From positions 8,034-72,033 of the forward strand of contig JAICXQ010000005.1 of NCBI GenBank assembly GCA_025980325.1: a stretch of DNA of 64,000 nucleotides, in the 5' to 3' direction. This document shows, in pieces, positions 9,344-16,600 of this stretch. The stretch is from Frankiales bacterium (lineage in GTDB: Bacteria > Actinomycetota > Actinomycetes > JAFAQI01). A program made the position numbers and the translations under genes. The notes below the pieces were generated by a model. The model was not told the DNA's origin. It saw only the letters and a list, made by a program, of their open reading frames with translations, and did no database searches. Position 1 is the stretch's first letter. Each line of letters opens with the position of its first letter.

Positions 9344-9420
9344 ACGGCCCACGAGACGGCCTACGAGACGGCCCACGAGACGGCCCACGAGACGGCCCCG
9401 GGGATCTACGAGACGGCCCC
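9344..9420. repeat. 12-bp tandem repeat ACGAGACGGCCC (4 tandem + 1)
   Basis: direct reading; one unit ends CCT; fifth copy after a 9-nt gap. Confidence 0.9.
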
Positions 9421-9677
9421 CCGAGGACCGCGCCGATCCGCAGACGGGCAGTTCGCAACGGTGCGGGCGGCGCGTGTCCCAATCCGTGCGCAGACCGCGA
9501 TTGGTCGGTTAGTAGGCGACAACCAATCGAGTTCCGAAGCGGAGACCAACGTCGATGACAGGCAGCGCAGCGCGTACGGCACAGGCGACAGCGGTCGCCG
9601 CGTGCCCGAGCGATGTGCGCGAGCGGTCGGACCGCGCCGGCCGGACCGGCCGAGGCGACCGGACGCGGCGTAACGGG

Positions 9678-9863
9678 GTGGCGCGAAGCGGGGTACCGGA
9701 CGCGCTGGTGCGCGCATGGGTGGAGGCGTCGTGCCGGGAGCAGGGTGTCGCGGCGGTGATCGCGGACCCCGAGACGATCGCCGCGGTCGTGGCTGTGCTC
9801 ACCGGCCGACCGCCCGGGGGCGCGAACGCGGGACGGCGGCGGCGAGCGGGTCGCGCTGCGTGA
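9678..9863 (+). CDS. small protein convergent with recombinase
   Basis: GTG start; LVRAWVEASCREQGVAAVIADPETIAAVVAVL helical pattern; stop 2 nt from recombinase stop. Confidence 0.5.
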   Translation: MARSGVPDALVRAWVEASCREQGVAAVIADPETIAAVVAVLTGRPPGGANAGRRRRAGRAA

Positions 9864-9865
9864 GG

Positions 9866-11269
9866 TCAGACTCGCCAGATCGCGCGGACGCGGCCGGGGT
9901 CGAGGCGGGGGCTGGGACCCTTCGCCTTGTCGATGACTACGTGGTCGACGACGGTGCGAATGATCGCGGATTGCTGCGAGACGTTGAGGTCATCCCATTC
10001 GGCGCGCAGTCGTTCCCCGGTGCCGACCAGGCCGATCAGCGCGTCGTCGCGGGACAGCCGGGCGATCGCGCGCTCAGTGTCTTTGAGCCGGTCGGCCACA
10101 ACCTGCTTGGCGGTCAGCCATTCGCCCATGCTGATCCGCTTGTCCGCCCACGCGCGGGCTAGTTCCTCAAGCTGCTCGGTGTCCTCGCGGACCTGTGCGG
10201 TCAACCGCTGATAGTCGCTGTCCGCGCCGTGACGCCCAGCCAACGCCTCGGCCATTGCGGGGCTGTCCAGGCGCATCAGAACAGCCTCGGCGATGAAGGC
10301 TTCCAAGCTCGGAGCGGTCACGTACACCTTGCCGCAGCCGCCGAAGTCCGGGCCGGATCGGCACCCGTAGCGGCGGCGGTCCCGGTTCGGGGCAGACACC
10401 ATCTTGCCGCCGCACAGCGCGCACCGGACGAGCCCGGACAGGGAGTAACGGCGCGCAGTCCGCAGCGTGCGCCGGGCCGGGTTCGTCAGCAGCGCCACGA
10501 CGCGCTCGTGCTGCTCAACCGTGATGATCGCGGGCCACGCCGCAGGGCCGACAACCTCGCCGCGATGCTGGCGCAGACCTGCGATGCGTGGAGACATGAG
10601 CAGATTTCGCAACGTCGGGCTGCGCCACACGTTCTTGCCGGTCGAGGTCGTCACACCCTTCTCGCCCAACCAGCCGACGAGCGAGGTAACCGATTCGCCG
10701 GCGAGCAGCCGGGCGACCGCCGCGCGGATCACAGCCGCTTCGTCCTCGCGGATGGTCAGCCCGTCGCGCTCGTAGCCAAACGGGCGTTCGCCTTGGCCGT
10801 GTGGGAGCCCCTTCGCGGCTCGCTCGTCGCTTGCGCGGCGTACGCGTCGGCTTGTCGCGTCGCTGGCGTTGGCCGCGATCGCGGAGAACACCCGCGCGAC
10901 CATGATTCCGTCCGAATTCCCGAGGTCGGTGACCCCGCAGACCGTGGTGAACCGGCGCATCCCGACCCGCTCGCACGCCGCCAGGAATTCCTCGAATTCG
11001 CGCGGGTTCCGGCTGAGCCGGTCCTGGTGGTAGGTGACAAGCGCGTCGAACCGGCGGTCCTCCAGGTCGGCCAGCATCGCCGCGTATTGGGGACGCTCGC
11101 GCCCGCTCCACGCCGAGCGGTCGTTATCGACGTACTCATCGACCACGACCCACCCGCGCTGCTCAACCAAGCGTCGGCAGTCGGCGAGTTGGCGATCCAC
11201 GCCCGCCCGCGTGCCTTCGCGGTCGTCACTAATACGCGCGTAAATCGCAGCCCGAATCATCGTGGTCAT
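9866..11269 (-). CDS. large serine recombinase (integrase)
   Basis: catalytic YARIS; RPQY; DRLSRN; recombinase domain; zinc ribbon LSGLVRCALCGGKM...YGC; coiled coil; intact. Confidence 0.96.
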   Translation of the reverse strand: MTTMIRAAIYARISDDREGTRAGVDRQLADCRRLVEQRGWVVVDEYVDNDRSAWSGRERPQYAAMLADLEDRRFDALVTYHQDRLSRNPREFEEFLAACERVGMRRFTTVCGVTDLGNSDGIMVARVFSAIAANASDATSRRVRRASDERAAKGLPHGQGERPFGYERDGLTIREDEAAVIRAAVARLLAGESVTSLVGWLGEKGVTTSTGKNVWRSPTLRNLLMSPRIAGLRQHRGEVVGPAAWPAIITVEQHERVVALLTNPARRTLRTARRYSLSGLVRCALCGGKMVSAPNRDRRRYGCRSGPDFGGCGKVYVTAPSLEAFIAEAVLMRLDSPAMAEALAGRHGADSDYQRLTAQVREDTEQLEELARAWADKRISMGEWLTAKQVVADRLKDTERAIARLSRDDALIGLVGTGERLRAEWDDLNVSQQSAIIRTVVDHVVIDKAKGPSPRLDPGRVRAIWRV

Positions 11270-11273
11270 AATA

Positions 11274-11320
11274 GGTAGATTAGCGTATAGCAGGCAAGAC
11301 GACGTTGCTCAACTGTTTGG
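11274..11320. other. attR
   Basis: element arm GGTAGATTAGCGTATAGCAGGC-AA-G followed by tadA codons ACG ACG TTG CTC AAC TGT (TTLLNC). Confidence 0.85.
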
Positions 11321-11928
11321 CCGCCGCAGTTCCGGCCCGCGAGCGGGTGGTGACGTGCGAGGAGGTGTTCGAGCTCCGGCTGTCGCTGCCGGACGTCGTC
11401 GCGATGCAGACGCGGCCGCCGAACCTCGAAGGCACCGGCGAGATTCCGTTGCGGCGCTTGGTCAAGGAGTCGCTGCGGATGCGACCCGATCGGCTGATCG
11501 TCGGCGAGGTGCGGCAGGAGGAATGCCTCGACCTGCTGGTCGCGCTGAACTCCGGCGTCCCGGGCATGTGCTCGTTGCACGCGAACTCCGCGCGCGAGGC
11601 GATCACGAAGATGTGCACGCTGCCGCTGCTCGCCGGCGAGAACGTGACGCATGCGTTCGTCGTCCCGACCGTCGCGAACAGCGTCGACATCGTCGTCCAC
11701 ATCGGGCGCGACGGCAGCGGTCGGCGGGTGGTGCGCGAGATCGTCGGCGTTCCCGGCCGGGTCGAAGGCGACGTCATCGAGGTGGCGGATCTGTTCGTCA
11801 CCCGCGGCGGCCGGCTGATCCGCGCGGACGGCTGGCCGCCGCATCCCGAGCGGTTCGTCGCCGCCGGCATCGATCTCGCCCGGCTGCTGTTCCCGCTCCC
11901 TGACGTCGACGGCGGGCTGGACCCGTGA
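11299..11928 (+). pseudogene. tadA: TadA/CpaF ATPase, C-terminal fragment
   Basis: TTLLNCL, TCEEVFEL, LRMRPDRLIVGEVR (Walker B), SLHANS (His box). Confidence 0.93.
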
Positions 11929-12788
11929 CCGGCGCGGTGATCGGTCTCGTCGCCGGGCTCGGAGCGGTGCTCGTGGTCGCCGCCTCGACGTCGGCCCGAA
12001 CGTCACGTCCCGCGGTGCGAGCCCCGGTCTCCGGTCGGCTCGCCGACGTGTACGTTCGGGCCGGCTTGCCGCCCGGCAGCCATCGGCGAATCGTCGCGGC
12101 GGTCATCGGCGGCGGGATCGCGGTCTTCATGCTCGTGGGCTCCGTCTCGGGGTCGCCCGCGATCGCGTTGGCGTTCGGCGGCTTCGGCGCCTATGCGCCG
12201 GTCGCGCTCGTCGCGCGCAGGGCGCGACTGCGGACCGCCGAGCGACGGGAACTGTGGCCCGACGTCGTCGACAACCTCGCGTCGGCCGTGCGCGCCGGCC
12301 TGTCGTTGCCGGAGGCGCTGACGCAACTCGGCGAACGCGGGCCGGCACCGCTGCGCGCGGAGTTCGTCGCGTTCGGCCGCGACTACGCGGCCACTGGTCG
12401 GTTCGGCGACTGCCTCGACCGGCTGAAAGAGCGGCTCGCCGATCCCGTCGGCGATCGGATCGTCGAAGCGCTGCGGCTCGCCCGCGAGGTCGGCGGCAGC
12501 GACCTCGGCCGGCTGTTGCGCAGCCTCTCGCAGTTCCTGCGCGACGACGCGCGCACGCGAGCCGAGCTCGTCACCCGCCAAGGCTGGACCGTCAACGCCG
12601 CGCGGCTGGCGCTCGCGGCGCCGTGGGTCGTCCTCGCGTTGCTGTCGTTGCGGCCGGAAACCGTCGCGGCGTACGACAGCCCGCAAGGTGTCGTCGTGCT
12701 CGCCGTCGGCGGTGCGGTGTCGCTCCTCGCGTACCGGTTGATGTTGCGGATCGGCCGGCTGCCCGACGACGAGCGGGTGTTGCGGTGA
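11925..12788 (+). CDS. tadB: Tad pilus assembly protein TadB (T2SSF domain)
   Basis: WPDVVDNLASAVRAGLSLPEAL; GTGA overlap with tadA. Confidence 0.9.
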   Translation: MTGAVIGLVAGLGAVLVVAASTSARTSRPAVRAPVSGRLADVYVRAGLPPGSHRRIVAAVIGGGIAVFMLVGSVSGSPAIALAFGGFGAYAPVALVARRARLRTAERRELWPDVVDNLASAVRAGLSLPEALTQLGERGPAPLRAEFVAFGRDYAATGRFGDCLDRLKERLADPVGDRIVEALRLAREVGGSDLGRLLRSLSQFLRDDARTRAELVTRQGWTVNAARLALAAPWVVLALLSLRPETVAAYDSPQGVVVLAVGGAVSLLAYRLMLRIGRLPDDERVLR

Positions 12789-13669
12789 CCGGTGCCGTCA
12801 TCGGACTGGTTGCCGCAGCCGGGTGCTGGAACGTCGGAAAATCGTTGCGGCGACAGCGGTTTCGTCTCGTCGAGCGAATCGGGCCGTACGTCGACGCGCC
12901 GCCCGCTCGGCGGTCGAGCTCACCCAGGGATGTCGTGCGATCGCTGCTCGTCCGCCGCCTCGATCGGGCGCTCGGCGGATCGGCGTCGGTACGCCGCCGG
13001 CTGGCCGCGCTCGGCGACGACGGTGCGGTCGAGCAGTTCCGTGTCGAGCAGCTGACGTGGGCGGGCGCCGGGCTGCTGGTGGCGTTGGTGCTGCCCGGTC
13101 TCGCGATGACCCGCGGCGCGGCGGTGTCGCCGGCGTTGATGGTCGTGCTCTCCGCGGTGTCGACGATCGGTGGTGCGCTCGGCCGTGACCGGTGGCTGTC
13201 CGCGCAGGTCGCGCGGCGCGAGGAGCGGATGCTGGCCGAGTTGCCGGCGATCGCGGAGATGCTCGCGCTGTCGGTGGGCGCCGGCGAAGGCGTGACCGGC
13301 GCCCTCGACCGGGTGTCCCGGATCGCTCGCGGCGATCTCGCCGGCGAGTTGCGGCGCACCCTCGCGGACGCGCGCGCCGGCACGCCGGTCGTCGACGCCT
13401 TGACCCGGATGGCCGGCCGTTCGTCCTTGCCGGCACTCGCCCGCTTCGTCGACGGGATCGCGGTCGCGGTCGATCGCGGTACGCCGCTGGCGGATGTGTT
13501 GCGCGCGCAGGCCGGTGACGTGCGCGAGGAGCGCCGCCGGTCGCTGCTGGCCGTCGGCGGCCGCAAGGAGATCGCGATGTTGTTCCCGGTCGTCTTCCTG
13601 GTGTTGCCGGTCACCGTCGTGTTCGCGCTCTATCCCGGATTCGCCAACCTCTCGCTCGCGGTGCCGTGA
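12785..13669 (+). CDS. tadC: Tad pilus assembly protein TadC
   Basis: ELPAIAEMLALSVGAGEG...GTPLADVLRAQA...MLFPVVFLVLP; GTGA overlap. Confidence 0.9.
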   Translation: MTGAVIGLVAAAGCWNVGKSLRRQRFRLVERIGPYVDAPPARRSSSPRDVVRSLLVRRLDRALGGSASVRRRLAALGDDGAVEQFRVEQLTWAGAGLLVALVLPGLAMTRGAAVSPALMVVLSAVSTIGGALGRDRWLSAQVARREERMLAELPAIAEMLALSVGAGEGVTGALDRVSRIARGDLAGELRRTLADARAGTPVVDALTRMAGRSSLPALARFVDGIAVAVDRGTPLADVLRAQAGDVREERRRSLLAVGGRKEIAMLFPVVFLVLPVTVVFALYPGFANLSLAVP

Positions 13670-13692
13670 AAGTGACGAAAGGAAGCTTGCTC

Positions 13693-13869
13693 ATGTTTGC
13701 GTATCTGCGCCGGCGGATCCGGTTCGACGATCGCGGTGACGTGCCCGGTTGGGTGCTCGTCACGTTGATGACCGCGGGCATCGTCATGGCGTTGTGGATC
13801 GTCGCCGAGCCGAAGTTGTCGAGCCTGCTCAGCAACGCGCTCAACGTCAGTGGCGATCCGAGCAAGTAA
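13693..13869 (+). CDS. Flp-type pilin
   Basis: 58 aa; DDRG|DVPGWVLVTLMTAG hydrophobic helix; GAAAGGAAG RBS; position after tadC. Confidence 0.8.
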   Translation: MFAYLRRRIRFDDRGDVPGWVLVTLMTAGIVMALWIVAEPKLSSLLSNALNVSGDPSK

Positions 13870-13873
13870 GCCG

Positions 13874-14272
13874 ATGTCGCGCCGGCCGGGCGGCGATGCC
13901 GGTGCCGCCGTCGTCGACTTCGTCCTGGTCGGCGCGCTGCTCACGATGTTGTTCCTCGCCGTCTTGCAGGTCGCGCTGGACTTCTACGTACGCAACGTGC
14001 TGGCCGCGGCCGCGGCGGACGGCGCGCGCTACGCCGCCAACGCCGACGTCGGCGACGCGCGGGCCGGTGCGGAGCGCGCGAACGAATTGATCCGCTCCTC
14101 GCTCGGCGCGAGTTACGCGCGGGCGCGGCCGGCCGCGGATGTCGCGGACGTCGACGGCGCGCCGGTCGTCGGCATCACCGTGTCGGCGCGGCTGCCGTTG
14201 CTCGCCTGGTTCCTGCCCGTCGGGCCGACGGTGACGGTGACCGGGCATGCGCTCATGGAGCCGCCGCGATGA
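13874..14272 (+). CDS. tadE: TadE-like pseudopilin
   Basis: DAG|AAVVDFVLVG...AAADGARYAA. Confidence 0.85.
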   Translation: MSRRPGGDAGAAVVDFVLVGALLTMLFLAVLQVALDFYVRNVLAAAAADGARYAANADVGDARAGAERANELIRSSLGASYARARPAADVADVDGAPVVGITVSARLPLLAWFLPVGPTVTVTGHALMEPPR

Positions 14273-14721
14273 GGGCGTTGTGCGTGCGCGACGACGGTTC
14301 GGCGGTGGTCGAGTTCGTCTGGCTGGGCGTGCTGCTGCTGGTGCCGCTCGTCTATGTCGTGCTGGCCGCGCTCGCCGTGCAGGGCGCCGCGTTCGCCGAG
14401 ACGGCGGCGGCGCGCGAGGCCGCCCGGGCATATGCCACCGCCGGATCGGACGCGCTCGGCGAGCAACGGGCCGAAGCCGCGGTCGCGCTGGTGATGCACG
14501 ACCACGGCGTGCCGTGGACGCCATCCGGCCGGGTCGTGTCGTGCGGTTCGTGTTCGTACCAGCCTGGCTCGACGTTCACCGTCGACCTACGCCGTACGGT
14601 GGCGCTGCCGTTCGTGCCGTCGTGGTTGTGCGGGCGGCGCTGCGTCGCCGGCATCGTCGTGTCCGCGCACCATCGGGAGCGGATCGACTGCTTCGCGGGG
14701 ACCGGCGAAGCCACGTGTTGA
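14269..14721 (+). CDS. TadE/TadF-like pseudopilin
   Basis: DDG|[10 protein letters not shown]...AAAREAARA. Confidence 0.85.
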   Translation: MRALCVRDDGSAVVEFVWLGVLLLVPLVYVVLAALAVQGAAFAETAAAREAARAYATAGSDALGEQRAEAAVALVMHDHGVPWTPSGRVVSCGSCSYQPGSTFTVDLRRTVALPFVPSWLCGRRCVAGIVVSAHHRERIDCFAGTGEATC

Positions 14722-15197
14722 CGCGTCGCCGGGACGAGGGCCAGATGTCGTTGCTGATCATCGGGTACGCGGCGATCGCACTCGTCCTCGTCGTCGTCGG
14801 GATCGACGCCTCCGCGGTGTTCCTGGCCCGTCGCGGGCTCGCCTCGGCCGCCGATGCGGCCGCGCTCGACGCGGCGCAGGCGGTCGACCGGGCCGCGGTC
14901 TACTCCGGTTCGATCGGCGGCTGCGGCGCGACGCTGCCGATCGACGCGCCGGCCGCACGCGAGCGGGTGCTCGCGGACGTCGCCGACGACAGCGACGACC
15001 TGACCCACGTATTCCGCCAACTCGACCAGCCGGACGTCGCCGTCGACGGTGGCACCGTGACCGTGCGCCTGACCGGACGGGCAAAGGTCCCGTTCGGGCG
15101 GCTGCTCGGCAAGCTGCTGCCCGGCCACGCGGGCGGCGCCGTCGAGGTCGATGTCACCGCCCACGCGCGGTCGCCGGTCTCGTCAGGCGGCTGCTGA
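14715..15197 (+). CDS. TadG-like pilus assembly protein
   Basis: DEG|QMSLLIIGY...[13 protein letters not shown]. Confidence 0.8.
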   Translation: MLTRRRDEGQMSLLIIGYAAIALVLVVVGIDASAVFLARRGLASAADAAALDAAQAVDRAAVYSGSIGGCGATLPIDAPAARERVLADVADDSDDLTHVFRQLDQPDVAVDGGTVTVRLTGRAKVPFGRLLGKLLPGHAGGAVEVDVTAHARSPVSSGGC

Positions 15198-15217
15198 GCC
15201 CGACTAGGCTGATCGGC

Positions 15218-16321
15218 ATGCCGCCGGGAGATTTCAAAGAGCGGGTCGCGCAGCTCGCGACGACACTGTCGTCGGTCGAAGCCGTGCTCGACCTCGACGG
15301 CATGCGCAAGCAGTTGGCCGCGCTCGAGGAAGAGGCCGCCGATCCGGATCTCTGTAACGACCAGGACCGCGCCCAGTCGGTCACCAGCCGGATGTCGCAC
15401 CTGCGCAGCGATCTCGGCCGGGCCGCGGCGCTGCGCGCCCGGCTCGACGACGTGCAGGCCGCGCTCGACCTCGACGATCCCGCCCTCGTCGAGGAGGCGA
15501 CCGCGGACCTGCCCGCCCTCGCCGGCGACATCGAAAGTCTCGAAGTACGGACGTTGCTCTCCGGCGACTACGACCCGCGCGAAGCGGTCGTCACCATCAA
15601 CTCCGGCACCGGCGGGACCGACGCGGCCGACTGGGCGCAGATGCTGTTCCGGATGTACGTGCGGTGGGCCGAGCGGCACGGCCACCAGACCGAGGTCTAC
15701 GACACGTCGTACGCCGAGGAGGCCGGGATCAAGTCGGCCACGTTCGTGGTCAAGGCGCCGTTCGCGTACGGCACGCTTGCCGGCGAGCACGGCGTGCACC
15801 GGCTGGTGCGCATCTCGCCGTTCGACAACCAGGCGAGGCGGCAGACGTCGTTCGCCGGTGTCGACGTGACGCCGGTCGTCGAGGCGACCGACCACGTCGA
15901 CATCCCCGACGACGAGATCCGCGTCGACGTCTACCGGTCGAGCGGCCCCGGCGGTCAAGGTGTCAACACCACCGACTCGGCCGTGCGGATCACGCACCTG
16001 CCGACCGGCATCGTCGTCACCTGCCAGAACGAACGCAGCCAGATCCAGAACCGCGCCCGCGCGATGGAGGTCCTGCAAGCGCGACTGCTGGAGACCCGTC
16101 GCCAGGAAGAGGCCGACGAGATGCGCAAGCTCAAAGGTTCGCGCAACACCGTCGGCTTCGGCAGTGACGACATCATCCGGCACTACGTGCTGCACCCGTA
16201 CCAGCTGGTGAAGGACGCGCGGACCGAAGTCGAGGTCGGCAACACCGCCGCGGTTCTCGACGGCGACATCGACGCGTTCATCGACGCCGAGATCCGGTGG
16301 CGCCGCCAGCAGGTCGGCTGA
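15218..16321 (+). CDS. prfB: peptide chain release factor 2
   Basis: RISPFD (SPF) and [15 protein letters not shown] (GGQ) motifs; single open frame. Confidence 0.97.
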   Translation: MPPGDFKERVAQLATTLSSVEAVLDLDGMRKQLAALEEEAADPDLCNDQDRAQSVTSRMSHLRSDLGRAAALRARLDDVQAALDLDDPALVEEATADLPALAGDIESLEVRTLLSGDYDPREAVVTINSGTGGTDAADWAQMLFRMYVRWAERHGHQTEVYDTSYAEEAGIKSATFVVKAPFAYGTLAGEHGVHRLVRISPFDNQARRQTSFAGVDVTPVVEATDHVDIPDDEIRVDVYRSSGPGGQGVNTTDSAVRITHLPTGIVVTCQNERSQIQNRARAMEVLQARLLETRRQEEADEMRKLKGSRNTVGFGSDDIIRHYVLHPYQLVKDARTEVEVGNTAAVLDGDIDAFIDAEIRWRRQQVG

Positions 16322-16384
16322 ACGCACATCGACATCCGCTGCTCGGGTGAGCGCGGCGATAGTACGAACGGCTGCACTTACCGG

Positions 16385-16560
16385 GGCATGTCCGACATGT
16401 CCCTTCAAGGGTGACCGGCGGCCTTTGACGGCAACGCCCCAGAGCAATGACTGTTGCGACTGCCGGTAGCAACCGGCACGCTCGGGGGGCGTCGATCCGC
16501 GACCGATTCTCGGTCACCGGCACCGCAAGTGCCTGGTCGCGGGGAGCCACTGGTGAGACC
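16385..16560 (+). promoter_or_regulatory. candidate structured leader RNA
   Basis: several nested and alternative stems upstream of surface-protein gene; family not recognised. Confidence 0.35.
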
Positions 16561-16600
16561 GACCCGCGCTTCGGATTTTCTTCGAAGTAGGGGTGTCCCG

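Larger units (their letters stand above)
1329..11298. mobile_element. 9,970-bp integrative element with large serine recombinase, inserted in tadA
   Basis: GGCAAG core duplicated at 1323-1328 and 11293-11298; flanks join in frame to rebuild tadA; recombinase at right end; reconstructed attP has inverted arms. Confidence 0.92.

Noticed and set aside
7893-9420. Repeat arrays as CRISPR
   Set aside because: Units are 12 bp, contiguous, with no unique spacers; no cas genes in the window.
1329-11298. Prophage, group II intron or intein interpretation of the tadA insertion
   Set aside because: No capsid, terminase or tail genes; no reverse transcriptase; the insert is out of frame with an immediate stop; att-like arms and a serine recombinase explain it.
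15218-16321. Programmed +1 frameshift in prfB
   Set aside because: The gene is one uninterrupted frame with no CTT-TGA site.
16385-16560. Assignment to a known riboswitch (cobalamin GCCACTG fragment, c-di-GMP, c-di-AMP)
   Set aside because: Only isolated short matches; the required conserved cores are not present.
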